Source: a virus (lineage: Duplodnaviria; Caudoviricetes). From it: 64,000 bases of DNA. Shown piece by piece: positions 48,554 to 58,096 of the stretch (positions are counted from its first letter, which is position 1; every line of letters begins with the position of its first letter). The translations under genes and the position numbers were made by a program. The notes below the pieces were generated by a model. The model was not told the DNA's origin. It saw nothing but the letters and a program-made list of their open reading frames with translations, and ran no database searches. The stretch covers positions 128,001-192,000 of the IMG/VR virus record IMGVR_UViG_3300014204_013734, one strand, 5' to 3'.

Positions 48554-48802
48554 ATGGAAAATGTTCAGCCCAACCTGTTCCGTACGTCCGACCTGTATTT
48601 CGCCGCTTACCTGAAAGTAGCCGGTGTCAAATTTCTTGAAACCGTCAAGGAAGGGGATCGGGTAGTATTTGTGTTTGAAGAAGGTGGCGTATTGCGGGAT
48701 CTGAAGAACGCTTATTTCAACCGGTCAGCTAAGGTGTTTGCCATGAGCTATGCCGATGAAATCAAGGCCATGAAGGCTCTGACCCATATGGCAGGTCGGT
48801 AA
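48554..48802 (+). CDS. Small hypothetical protein (resembles DUF5659)
   Basis: AAGGAG RBS; FRTSDLYFAAYL...RVVFVF. Confidence 0.6.
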   Translation: MENVQPNLFRTSDLYFAAYLKVAGVKFLETVKEGDRVVFVFEEGGVLRDLKNAYFNRSAKVFAMSYADEIKAMKALTHMAGR

Positions 48803-49092
48803 TGTTTCCTTCCTGGCAAGCATTACTGGTAGCCTATGCCATCTGTTTCGGTATCCGGCAGAAATGCCGATTCTTAGACGGATTGCATCCGGTCCTTGAC
48901 AACTTTCTTGAATGCCCATACTGCGTCGGATTCCATTCCGGATGGATGGTTTGGGCACTCGTGTGGGTAGCCGAAGGTAACCCCCCGGGAGGATTCGTGG
49001 GAGCCCCCCTTTGGGCCTTAGCATCGGCAGCGTTTTGTTTGCTTTTGGAATATTTGGCAGATTGGCTTGAAAACGGGGTGCTGAATGCCTGA
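48802..49092 (+). CDS. Small membrane protein (resembles DUF1360)
   Basis: LECPYCVGFH motif with hydrophobic segments. Confidence 0.6.
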   Translation: MFPSWQALLVAYAICFGIRQKCRFLDGLHPVLDNFLECPYCVGFHSGWMVWALVWVAEGNPPGGFVGAPLWALASAAFCLLLEYLADWLENGVLNA

Positions 49093-49366
49093 CAGGAATC
49101 TGGATTGTCGGATTGACGTTCCGGATGCGTTTGATTCCGTTCCTTTAGTCAATGCCTTTAGGGCTGTTCAGGATGGAAGTGGGGATTGGATGCTTGACTT
49201 CCTTATCCTTTCAGACAAAGCTTGCAAGGCATCTGTCATGGCCCGGGTGCGGGTAGGACCCGAATTCATGGCCGCAATCCGGGACCGGTTGGCGTCTACC
49301 CTGCGTTATGTCGGGGATGATGTCCTGATGCTTCCGGCCGGGTCTGGAAGCACGGAGGTAAATTGA
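49085..49366 (+). CDS. Small hypothetical protein, paralog of 41046..41270
   Basis: VNAFRAVQ...MLDFLILSD...ASVMARVRV. Confidence 0.7.
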   Translation: MPDRNLDCRIDVPDAFDSVPLVNAFRAVQDGSGDWMLDFLILSDKACKASVMARVRVGPEFMAAIRDRLASTLRYVGDDVLMLPAGSGSTEVN

Positions 49367-49367
49367 A

Positions 49368-49868
49368 ATGGCTGCAACTTTTACGCCTGGCGAAACGCTA
49401 GTTCGTGGGGATTTATCAATTTTCTTAGTAGATTCTAATACCAATGCAACGGACGCGGCGGAAATCACGTTTGCCCTTTATTGGGTTGATCCAGGTCCCC
49501 CCGAAACGGAAGTCCTGATCGGGTCGGCCACCAGGATACCGGCCCATCCAGCCGTTGGGGAATATTACGCTTCCCTGATGATCCCTCCTGCAGCGACGCC
49601 AGGAAATTACCGTATTCGCTGGACCTTCAGGGAATTCATATCATCCCCACAACAACAGGTAGTCCAGCAATTTCAGGTTGTTCTGCCTAGTTCCCCTCTT
49701 GTTAATTTGCAGTATTCCGTGGCCAAACAGGACATGATCAACAAGTTGCGGGTTCTCCTTCGGGACAACTGTGTAGGAGGGGAAGCAACGGTAGAAGTGG
49801 ACGCCGAGGGGGAACGACTGGTTGTGTCCATGGAAGACCTGTGGGAGGCATTGAAGGATGAAGGTTGA
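49368..49868 (+). CDS. N-terminal half of a fractured neck/head-completion-type gene: 134-aa extein plus 32-aa split-intein N fragment (49770-49865)
   Basis: Ends LLRDN|CVGGEATVEVDAEGERLVVSMEDLWEALKDEG*, resembling intein block A and aligning with the start of the intact intein at 51287. Confidence 0.78.
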   Translation: MAATFTPGETLVRGDLSIFLVDSNTNATDAAEITFALYWVDPGPPETEVLIGSATRIPAHPAVGEYYASLMIPPAATPGNYRIRWTFREFISSPQQQVVQQFQVVLPSSPLVNLQYSVAKQDMINKLRVLLRDNCVGGEATVEVDAEGERLVVSMEDLWEALKDEG

Positions 49869-50624
49869 TCGGCCACATCCCAAACTGATCCCTTTGTTGG
49901 AAAAGAACGCCCTTTCTTGGGAACAGTTTTCCAAAAGGGGGCGTTTGCCCGCCGATTTGCAGTGGGTCGTCAACAAACGTTCTTCCATCATCACCGAAGT
50001 GCATGCGGCTGGAACCCCGTGGAAGGAAATCATTGAAATCACGGGTTTGTCCTTGGGTTCCATTGAACGGTTGACAAAGGCCATGTGGAATTCTGAATCC
50101 AGGAAGAATGCTTCGGCAATGGGGGTGAAAACAGGAAAGGCGTGGAAAGGGAAGAAACGCCCAGGCCAGTTGGAACGACAATGGGCGGCAGGGAATTTTG
50201 ATGCTCCTTCTACCAGGGCAAAATATTCCATGGCCGCAATCCAGAACATCCTGAATCATCCGAAATGGGGATATCCGCAGGGGATTAGGGAAGTCGTCAA
50301 TACCTTGAAAGGCAAAACAGCCGAAGTCCGTGTTAGGTCTTCCTATGAAAAGAAGGCAATTGAAATCTTGGACAATGCCCTTGGGTAGCTTCTTATGAAT
50401 ATGAACGGTTGATCCGGTTGCAAAACGGCAAAAGAATACTTCCCGATTTTGTGGTGAATAAAACGGAGGGGTCGTGTCTATTGGTTGAAGTGAAGGCATC
50501 TTATGTTTTGAAAAAAGCTGCAAGATTCATCTCGCAAATAGAACGGTTGGAAGTTGCAAAGAAGGAAGCTGAAGCACGGGGTTGGGCCTTCACCGTTTGG
50601 ACGGAAAAGGAATTGTGGTCATGA
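49858..50624 (+). pseudogene. Frameshifted TnsA-like PD-(D/E)xK homing endonuclease between the split-intein halves
   Basis: RSSYEKKAIEILDNA, then the -1 frame continues PWVASYEYE...ILPDFVV...LVEVK...GWAFTVWTEKEL; break near 50378-50388. Confidence 0.75.
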
Positions 50625-52024
50625 TCACCGACGCCCAAAAAAATAAGCTGCGGACGGCATTCAAGAAAAATGAACTCCGAATCCGATCCGTATCCCCCGA
50701 AGGAACCGTGGTCTGGAAACGCGTCCTTCAGGTGTTCAGGAATGAAGTCCCTTGGGAACGTATCGTTTCTATCACAACCCCTTACGGAAGCATCCCCTTC
50801 ACAGGGGGTCACAAACTGTACACCACCCCCACAGTGAAGAAAAAAGCCGAAGATTTCCGCCCGGGAGATCATGTGGTGGCGGTAGTAGATGACAAAATTC
50901 TGTATGTCCCTGTTACGGAAATCAAGGAACTTCCCCCCAGGCAGTTCATGTATGACCTGACCGCCGACACTTGGGCAAATTTCTCTTGTTGCGGTGTTTT
51001 AGTTAAAAATTCCCCAGATCGCAACTACCACTTCAGACCCCCGGAATTTGAAGGGGACATCGGTAAGTACGACCGTATCTTCGGTCAGGTCTGGGAAGAT
51101 GCGGAACTCCTGGAATACATAGAACGGGCCCTGGACTGGTTCAACATGTTCCCCCCATTGACCCAACGGATCAATACCGTCGACCTCCTTTGCACGGAAA
51201 TGCCTGCGTGGCGTACCGCCATCCTTTGGGGAGCCATTTCCCACGCCTGCTTCGCCCTTGCGGCGAATTGGGTCGTGGACGAATTCAGCCTCAAGGGCGA
51301 CACCACCGTTACCGTTTTCCTGCCTGGGGAAAAATCGGTCAGAATGACCATGGCGGGCGTCTTCGACGCTTGCCACGTTCCTTTCCCAGCTTCCCGCCAT
51401 CCCATGCACCAGGAAATCCGGGATGCTTTCAGGGAAGGGACCTTGATGGTCGCTTCCGTGGATCCCGAAACCGGACGGGTTGAGAAGAGGCAGGTTTCCG
51501 ATGTCCTTCGTCATTTGACGCCTCACAAACGGATGGTCAAGGTGTTTCTGGAAGGGAACCGGTCCGTTACCGTCACTGAAGACCACAGCCTCTTCAAGAT
51601 GGATGGTAAACGGATTGTCCCGGTTCGGACGGCGGACCTGGTGTCCGGTGATATCTTGTCGGTGGTCGCTGAGGGAGAAAATCAGGCATCCGGTGCCAAG
51701 ATCACTTCATTCCTTGATGAACCGAGGGAAGAATTCACCTACGACCTGTCCGTTCCAGGTTTTGAAAACTTCGTCCTTTCCAACGGTATCGTAGCCCACA
51801 ATTCCTATTCCATCGGGGGGGTCAGTCTGGACATTGAAAAATCGTCCAAGTACGAAAGTTTGAAGCAAAACGCCGAATCAATGTTCGACAAATCGACCGA
51901 GGCCAAAAAATCTACCGTGCTTTTTATTCGTGGTTTGCAGCAGCCGCGATTCGGGTTGGGTGTACGCTCGGCGTTTGGTCCCGCCGTTGGTAAGGGGGTG
52001 CTTTCGCCCAGAGCATTCCTGTAA
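50621..52024 (+). CDS. C-terminal half of the fractured gene: 130-aa split-intein C fragment, extein, and a second contiguous intein
   Basis: ATGA overlap with the endonuclease stop; FTGGHKL block B; MYDLTA...GVLVKN|S; extein DEF|SYSIGGVSLDIEKS. Confidence 0.8.
   Translation: MITDAQKNKLRTAFKKNELRIRSVSPEGTVVWKRVLQVFRNEVPWERIVSITTPYGSIPFTGGHKLYTTPTVKKKAEDFRPGDHVVAVVDDKILYVPVTEIKELPPRQFMYDLTADTWANFSCCGVLVKNSPDRNYHFRPPEFEGDIGKYDRIFGQVWEDAELLEYIERALDWFNMFPPLTQRINTVDLLCTEMPAWRTAILWGAISHACFALAANWVVDEFSLKGDTTVTVFLPGEKSVRMTMAGVFDACHVPFPASRHPMHQEIRDAFREGTLMVASVDPETGRVEKRQVSDVLRHLTPHKRMVKVFLEGNRSVTVTEDHSLFKMDGKRIVPVRTADLVSGDILSVVAEGENQASGAKITSFLDEPREEFTYDLSVPGFENFVLSNGIVAHNSYSIGGVSLDIEKSSKYESLKQNAESMFDKSTEAKKSTVLFIRGLQQPRFGLGVRSAFGPAVGKGVLSPRAFL
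51287..51802 (+). mobile_element. Mini-intein (172 aa, Ser1 and Ser+1)
   Basis: SLKGDTTVTV, VTEDHSLF, end TYDLSVPGFENFVLSNGIVAHN|S. Confidence 0.92.
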
Positions 52025-52152
52025 AACCTAATAATTTCAAACGCTTACAAAAACCTGCCGATTTTACTTGCAGTTTTGTTTTGGTTGTTGCCTTGGGTGT
52101 TGTATGTAAGTATTTTCATGCAGTTTTATCCATTTTAGTTCTTATTATTTAC

Positions 52153-52181
52153 TTGCTTTCTTTTCCGTAGCTTTATACAAT
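52153..52181 (+). promoter_or_regulatory. Sigma70-like promoter
   Basis: TTGCTT-17 nt-TACAAT, followed by AGGAGG RBS and ATG 52202. Confidence 0.6.
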
Positions 52182-52201
52182 AGGCAATTAGGAGGTGTCC
52201 T

Positions 52202-54991
52202 ATGCCTGTTTGTGAAGGTTGTGGAAAAGAATACAGTAAGGGCGGTTTGAATTCACACCGTAAAACATGTATTTCTTATCAAGAATGGGCAAAGCAACTG
52301 CCCTTTTCTTGTGCTTGTGGGTTTCATTTTGCCACAGAAAGATCATTACGATCTCACAAAAAAGGTTGTGGCAAGGCGGAACGATTGCGGCTGGGAGGGC
52401 GAAAGTGTGTTTGCGGTCAAACTTACTGGTCGGTTTCGGAACACCGTAAAACTTGTCCTGGTGCACCAGAAGAGTCTTCGTCTTTGGTGGTATTGAAAGA
52501 CCCACCTCCCGGATTTTGTGCGTGTGGAAGGGATTTTTCCGCCAGCAATCAAAGATCAACTTTGCACAAACATCAGCAGGGGTGTTCGGCGTGGCACGTC
52601 TGGCAAAAGACATTGCCAGTCAAATGCGAAGGTTGCGGTCTTGGTTTTAAAGACCAGTTTAGCAAACGGTCGCATGCACAATTATGTTCTGATTGGCAGC
52701 GTTGGAAACAGATAAAAGACGAAAAGGAAAAGAAATTCCCTTGCCCTTCTTGTGGAATGTTGTTTCGTGGTCTTAAATTAGGTCTTCACGTTAATTCTTG
52801 TTCCGGGCCATGGACAAAACGTGATTGGGCTCGGCAACATAGACGAAGTAAGAGCAAGAGATTAGGTTTGATGAATCAAAAATTTCGGGAAGGGGCGGAT
52901 TTTGTCACCTGCTTGTTGTGTGGGGACCGTTTTCGTTCATTGTCCTTCCACTTGACTAGTCAGCATGGCATTGATACTGTGGAATACAGGTGCAGATTTG
53001 GAGGGGCTTCGGTGTCTGGAAACACCCAAGCTAAAAGAAAAGCAACAATGATGGACCGATACGGGTATCCTACACTTCTTCAACATCCCGTGTTATCTAA
53101 ACAGATACAAGAAAAGAGAAAAGCTACTTGTCGTAAACGGTATGGAGGAGACAGCCCTTTTTCTTCTAACTTGACAAGACCCCCAAAGAAAAACCGTTTG
53201 GAGTCAACGGTGGAAATGATTTCCCCTAAAAATGTGATCTATGTTGGAGATTTTCGTTACTGGATACAGTGCAAAGATGTGACGGGGAAGTGGATCAACA
53301 GAAATCCGGATTTCGTAGTGTATGACAAGGATAAGATGGATATTCTTTACAGCGGGGTTGTTCCGAACAAGATTCGCACTTGGAAAATTGTAGAAGTTCT
53401 AGGTGACTATTTTCACGGTCCAAAACTAAAAGGTTTGGATAGGGCAGCTTACACAGCCATGAGGATTGCAGAATATGCTTCCGTTAAGGTTCATTGCCTG
53501 ATCTTATGGGAATCTGAAATAAAGGATGACTTGGAAGCCGTTCGTGCCCGGTTATCCGCCTTTGCTGAAGAAAACCCCGTTTGTTTGAATTCGGATTCCG
53601 TCATTGGGGTTCCCCCTTCAAAATTTGACTTTGACAGGTATTACAAACGGAAGTTGTGGGCGGATGGGTTGGTAGAAGGGAAGGATTTTGTTTCCTGTCC
53701 GATTTGTGTGGCTTCCGATTCAGAGAAGGAATATCGGGCGCTACGTCTGGCCGACCACTTGAAACTGGTTCACGGGTTGTCCAGGGCGGAATTTGAGAAG
53801 CAGTTTCCAGGGTCCCCCATCGTTGCCCCTGTCGTCTATGAGAAGCGATCCAAGACCGTTAAGGCACTTTACGGCGTTGACAATGTGTTCCAGGCTGAAT
53901 CCATCAAAGAAAAGTCCAGGGAAACTGTCAGGGCCGAATATGGGGTGGACCATTCATCTCAAATACCTTCTGTCGTCCGACAGCGGGCAATGACCAATCT
54001 GTCCCGTTACGGACATGAAAACCCGTTCGGTGGGGAAGCCGTACAGGAAAAAATCCGCAAGACCATGACGGAACGGCACGGTGCCCCTAACCCCCAACAG
54101 GTTCCTGAAATCAGGGCACGCACTTTGGAAACCTGCAAGGATCTGTATGGGGATGAATTCTTTTTCCGCACGGAAGAATTCAGGAAGAAATTCCGGGAAG
54201 TCAGCCAGGAACGATTCGGTGCGGATCATCCGATGCAATCCGATGAAGGAAAAGCCTTGTGTGTAAAGGGTTGTCAAGAACATTTGGGGGTTGACAACCC
54301 TTTCCTTGTGCCGGACATTTTCAAGAAGTCTTACGAAACCAATCTAGCTAATCATGGGAGCAAGCATTCACAGCAGTGTAAGGAAGTACTTAAAAAAGCC
54401 CGTCAGACTTGGATGGAAAGGATTGGTGTTGACAATCCGTCAAAGTCGGAAGAAGTTAGGGCTAGGATGCGGGCAACATGGATGGAAAAGTATGGGGTTG
54501 ATCATCCGTTCAAAACCGAAATGGTTAGGCAAAAACTCAGGGAAGCTTTTATCAAAGCTTATGGAGTCCCTTTCTTTCCCAGCAGTGCTTTTTTCAAACA
54601 AAACCGCCCCAACAAGTTGGAAAAGAAATTTGATGCCTTGTCCCCCGTCAATGTGGTTTATGCGGGAGATGGGTCCTATTGGATCAAGCATACCGGGGCG
54701 ACCAATTCTCGTAATCCAGATTTTGTAATCTTGGATCAGGATCAGTTGGAATCCTGGAAGTCTGGGACGGCCTTGAACAAGCTCCGCACTTGGGGTACTG
54801 TAGAAATCCTAGGTGTTTACTGGCACGGACCTAAATTTACAGGGAAGAACCGTGATGACCATCAACTGGAAATCATTGAGTATTACGCCAAGTGCGGGAT
54901 TTCCTGTTTGGTTGTATGGGAAGATGATTTGAATTCCGATCCTGCTACCGTTGTCACCCGTCTTCAGCGGTTCCTCGGGTTTCAGCACTAA
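52202..54991 (+). CDS. Zinc-finger-rich putative homing endonuclease with two Vsr/PD-(D/E)xK-like nuclease domains
   Basis: Repeated CxC...HxxxC fingers; YGVDNP-type repeats; duplicated YxGD..YWI...RNPDFV...VE.LG.Y.HG...CL..WE. Confidence 0.78.
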   Translation: MPVCEGCGKEYSKGGLNSHRKTCISYQEWAKQLPFSCACGFHFATERSLRSHKKGCGKAERLRLGGRKCVCGQTYWSVSEHRKTCPGAPEESSSLVVLKDPPPGFCACGRDFSASNQRSTLHKHQQGCSAWHVWQKTLPVKCEGCGLGFKDQFSKRSHAQLCSDWQRWKQIKDEKEKKFPCPSCGMLFRGLKLGLHVNSCSGPWTKRDWARQHRRSKSKRLGLMNQKFREGADFVTCLLCGDRFRSLSFHLTSQHGIDTVEYRCRFGGASVSGNTQAKRKATMMDRYGYPTLLQHPVLSKQIQEKRKATCRKRYGGDSPFSSNLTRPPKKNRLESTVEMISPKNVIYVGDFRYWIQCKDVTGKWINRNPDFVVYDKDKMDILYSGVVPNKIRTWKIVEVLGDYFHGPKLKGLDRAAYTAMRIAEYASVKVHCLILWESEIKDDLEAVRARLSAFAEENPVCLNSDSVIGVPPSKFDFDRYYKRKLWADGLVEGKDFVSCPICVASDSEKEYRALRLADHLKLVHGLSRAEFEKQFPGSPIVAPVVYEKRSKTVKALYGVDNVFQAESIKEKSRETVRAEYGVDHSSQIPSVVRQRAMTNLSRYGHENPFGGEAVQEKIRKTMTERHGAPNPQQVPEIRARTLETCKDLYGDEFFFRTEEFRKKFREVSQERFGADHPMQSDEGKALCVKGCQEHLGVDNPFLVPDIFKKSYETNLANHGSKHSQQCKEVLKKARQTWMERIGVDNPSKSEEVRARMRATWMEKYGVDHPFKTEMVRQKLREAFIKAYGVPFFPSSAFFKQNRPNKLEKKFDALSPVNVVYAGDGSYWIKHTGATNSRNPDFVILDQDQLESWKSGTALNKLRTWGTVEILGVYWHGPKFTGKNRDDHQLEIIEYYAKCGISCLVVWEDDLNSDPATVVTRLQRFLGFQH

Positions 54992-55001
54992 CCCTTTGCT
55001 G

Positions 55002-55017
55002 CGGTTATCCTTTTATC
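55002..55017 (+). promoter_or_regulatory. Candidate phage late promoter motif
   Basis: CGGT-tatccttt-TATC upstream of the tagged-gene array. Confidence 0.5.
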
Positions 55018-55085
55018 GTTTCCCTATCTGTGTCAGGCCCAGATATTCTGGGCTTCCATCCTTTCGTATGAAGAGGATTGCAAAC

Positions 55086-55703
55086 ATGTCCAATTTGCGT
55101 GAAAAGATCATCCGTCTGGCCAATGAACATCCTGAAACGAGGAAACATTTGATGCCTATCATCAAGAAAGGGGAATGGGATCCCCGGCACGGGTGGCCAA
55201 AGGCGGAAGCCGACCAGTGGGTTGATCAGGCCACGAAGGACTTGAATAGTCTTGTTGAACAGTTTGTCATGGATGTGCAAAAGAGTGGAAAGTTTGAATT
55301 GCCAGAAGCGAAGCGAATCAGCAATCACTATTTGCCGAAAATTCAAAAGTATTTTGCTGGTAGGTTAGAATCTGTGATTCACATTGATAGTGACCGAAAG
55401 GTAGCTGCAAACGATTTGGCTTCGGTCATGCAGAATAGGATGATAGCTGAACTTTACGACGTGTATCCTAAAGGTCAGGCCAACAAGATAGTAGCAGCTA
55501 TTGAAGGTTTGTTCAAGAAATTGGATTTTTCGTGGGAACCTGAAGGATATTCCAGGTTTCGTATTGAAGTGGTTGCCAAGTTGGGTTCGGTTGAAGTAGG
55601 GTCTATGACCTACAACATGCTGACTGGCGAGGTTGAGATTCGCAGCGGTGTGTTTGCCGATGATCGTTTGGTCAAAGCTATCAATGGCCTAAAAGGGGTC
55701 TAG
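55086..55703 (+). CDS. EHPETR-tagged protein
   Basis: MSNLREKIIRLANEHPETRKHLMPIIKKG; GAGG RBS. Confidence 0.8.
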   Translation: MSNLREKIIRLANEHPETRKHLMPIIKKGEWDPRHGWPKAEADQWVDQATKDLNSLVEQFVMDVQKSGKFELPEAKRISNHYLPKIQKYFAGRLESVIHIDSDRKVAANDLASVMQNRMIAELYDVYPKGQANKIVAAIEGLFKKLDFSWEPEGYSRFRIEVVAKLGSVEVGSMTYNMLTGEVEIRSGVFADDRLVKAINGLKGV

Positions 55704-55705
55704 AG

Positions 55706-56182
55706 ATGGATCAGCTTCTTGTTAGGTTAGCAAAGATTGCTTCCGAGCACCCTGAAACCAGGAAGTGTCTTGTTCCTTTGATTAAAGAAGCTGGCGGTAA
55801 GGTTGCTTACAGAATGGATTCTGATTTCACTGAGGGTGTCAAAGAAATGTGGCCAAAAGTCCTTAAGTGGCTGCGGTCTGGGGATACCAACAGAATCCAA
55901 AAGAATTTTCAAACATCCAAGCAAGAGGCTTTGATGTTTATCGGAAACGCATCCCAAATAATTAATCAACACAAGGACCTTCTCAAAGAGGACAAACCAT
56001 ACCTCCTCGGTTCTGTGGCGTGGCACGCCGAAGTTGACGCTAATTTGAAGCGGTATTCCAAAAGGGCGGGGTGGATGATGGCTGCTTGGGCCGGGGCTTT
56101 TCCGGACCGGGCTCTCAAAATGGCTTGGCCTCGTGAAACGTTCCCTGGGCTTGAGGAATGGTGGTCTGAATCCAAGAGATGA
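55706..56182 (+). CDS. EHPETR-tagged protein, paralog of 56206..56718
   Basis: MDQLLVRLAKIASEHPETRKCLVPLIKEA. Confidence 0.8.
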   Translation: MDQLLVRLAKIASEHPETRKCLVPLIKEAGGKVAYRMDSDFTEGVKEMWPKVLKWLRSGDTNRIQKNFQTSKQEALMFIGNASQIINQHKDLLKEDKPYLLGSVAWHAEVDANLKRYSKRAGWMMAAWAGAFPDRALKMAWPRETFPGLEEWWSESKR

Positions 56183-56205
56183 AATTCCGTTGGGAAGGGA
56201 ATTAC

Positions 56206-56718
56206 ATGCAAACGCTTCTTGTTAGATTAGCGAAAATCGCGTCAGAGCATCCTGAAACGAGGAAACACTTGATACCTATCATCAAGGAAACTGGTAGTAA
56301 GTTTGCTTATTCTGCCGATCCCGATTCCGTTGCCAGCACCAAGAAAATGTGGCCAAAAGTCCTTAAGTGGTTGCGGGCCGGGGATACCGCCAGTATTGAA
56401 AATACTTTTGAAGCGTCCAAGCAAGAAGCCTTGACATTTCTTGAATATCCAATCCTACCGTTGTTCTATCGGCACGTGGATCATCTCAAATCAGACCAAC
56501 CTTACCTCAACGAATCTTCTGACTGGCGTGCTGAACTTGATGCCAATTTGAAGGCATATTCCCGAGAGATCGGTTTCATGGTAGCTGCGTGGGCTGGGAT
56601 GTTTCCAGAAGAAGCACTAAAAACAACGTGGCATAAAGAACGTTTCTCCGGGCTTGAGGAATGGTGGTCTGAATCTGGGGCAAAAGAATGGTCTGACAAG
56701 TCAGGGAGACATTCATGA
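56206..56718 (+). CDS. EHPETR-tagged protein, paralog of 55706..56182
   Basis: MQTLLVRLAKIASEHPETRKHLIPIIKET; shared MWPKVLKWLR and GLEEWWSES. Confidence 0.8.
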   Translation: MQTLLVRLAKIASEHPETRKHLIPIIKETGSKFAYSADPDSVASTKKMWPKVLKWLRAGDTASIENTFEASKQEALTFLEYPILPLFYRHVDHLKSDQPYLNESSDWRAELDANLKAYSREIGFMVAAWAGMFPEEALKTTWHKERFSGLEEWWSESGAKEWSDKSGRHS

Positions 56719-57182
56719 ATCGGGAAGAACAAGTGGTGGAAGCCCGAAAGGAAGTGGCAAAATTGGCGGCTTCCGTCAGGACGGCGGCAGGTTATAGCCC
56801 TGATCCCATTAAGAAGTACGTCACCATTGAGTTGACCAATACCGATGTCAGCTTGTTCTTTCATTTGCTGTATCAACCCAAGATTGAGTTGGATGTGTGG
56901 TACGTGGATGTCAAAGACCGAATGATGGACACCGAATCCGACATGAAGAAAGTCTTTGCCAAAATCGACGAAAGTTGGCGAAGTACAAAATTCCGTTTTG
57001 ACCCTTATGTTGAAAAGGCCAAGGAAGGAAATTACCTGCACGTAGGGGGAATTTCTTGGCAAGCTCAATATCCGAAAGGGTGGTTGGAGAAGTTGGGGGT
57101 CCGCAGTGCGAAGGATTTCAAGAAAATGATCCTTCCTTTGATAGGGACTACCTGGGAAGTCCGAGAAGTTTCCATTGTGTAA
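56715..57182 (+). CDS. Hypothetical protein, paralog of the C-terminal domain of 58097..58732
   Basis: YPKGWLEKLG...ILPLIGTTWEVRE versus FPLGWLEELG...ILPLVGGTWNIRE. Confidence 0.75.
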   Translation: MNREEQVVEARKEVAKLAASVRTAAGYSPDPIKKYVTIELTNTDVSLFFHLLYQPKIELDVWYVDVKDRMMDTESDMKKVFAKIDESWRSTKFRFDPYVEKAKEGNYLHVGGISWQAQYPKGWLEKLGVRSAKDFKKMILPLIGTTWEVREVSIV

Positions 57183-57195
57183 GGAAAGTACTTCC

Positions 57196-57546
57196 ATGAA
57201 AACGCTTCTTGAAAGTTTGAAAAAAGTAGCTGCTGAACATCCTGAAACCAGGAAGGTGCTTCTTCCTCTGATTAAAGAAGCTGTTTCCTGTGGGGAACAC
57301 GGGAAGATCGCCGCATTGGATCCGATCATCAAGCGAATTGGGGATTTGGTGAAGGGTAAGAAACTTGTTGATCTCAGGAAACCCTTGGAAACTATTTTTC
57401 CGAAGAAGGCCATTGACTTTTCTTTTGAAGTGGGGGGCCATTTTACCGTCAAATACAAGGGAAAGACAATTATTTTGGTGAATAAAAAGTATGCTGATGA
57501 TCCAGATTTGGTTGTGGATGATATTGCTATTGGATTTGCTAAATAA
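57196..57546 (+). CDS. EHPETR-tagged protein
   Basis: MKTLLESLKKVAAEHPETRKVLLPLIKEA. Confidence 0.8.
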   Translation: MKTLLESLKKVAAEHPETRKVLLPLIKEAVSCGEHGKIAALDPIIKRIGDLVKGKKLVDLRKPLETIFPKKAIDFSFEVGGHFTVKYKGKTIILVNKKYADDPDLVVDDIAIGFAK

Positions 57547-57580
57547 GGGTGTGTTTCGTCTGACCGTGAAAGGGAACTAC

Positions 57581-58048
57581 ATGAAAACGCTTCTTGAGGG
57601 TTTGAAACGGATCGCGTCGGAACATCCTGAAACCAGGAAACATCTCGTTCCGATCCTGAGGGAAGCTATGGATTTCCCTTCTGAAAAAGCATTGAAGGAT
57701 TATCTGAAGGAACATCCAGACGCCGATAAGTCAAAGCATCATGTGAAGAAGCAGAAAGGCAATGAAAAACTGAAATCAAATTTGAAGGATGTGCTCAGAA
57801 CATTTCCGAAAGAATTGGTAGCTGAAGTAGGTCCTGAGCTCCGACGGTTAAATCGTCTTTTGAAAGGCAACCCGGAATTCGGAGACGTGAGTCGGGTCTT
57901 GATAGACGTGCAAACAAAATTGGAAGACCCTTGGAGGGATACTTCAAAGACTGATCCGGCGGAATTCTATAAACGGACACCTCTCAACAAAGCGATTGCC
58001 GACTTTGCAAAAGCCAAGTATGAAGAATTGACGGGGGAACGTTGGTGA
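57581..58048 (+). CDS. EHPETR-tagged protein
   Basis: MKTLLEGLKRIASEHPETRKHLVPILREAMDFPSEKALKDYLKEHPDADKSKH. Confidence 0.8.
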   Translation: MKTLLEGLKRIASEHPETRKHLVPILREAMDFPSEKALKDYLKEHPDADKSKHHVKKQKGNEKLKSNLKDVLRTFPKELVAEVGPELRRLNRLLKGNPEFGDVSRVLIDVQTKLEDPWRDTSKTDPAEFYKRTPLNKAIADFAKAKYEELTGERW

Positions 58049-58096
58049 TGTTTTGCGTCAGTTACTTGATTGATCAAATTCAGGAGATCGCTTCCC

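Noticed and set aside
50386-50388. TAG inside the endonuclease as a sign of stop-codon recoding
   Set aside because: The conserved continuation is in the -1 frame, read-through hits TGA after a few codons, and TAG ends ordinary genes elsewhere (14780, 55703, 61540)
49858-50624. Group I intron as the explanation for the interrupted neck gene
   Set aside because: There is no non-coding space for a ribozyme core because the ORFs overlap at both ends, and the flanks carry intein motifs
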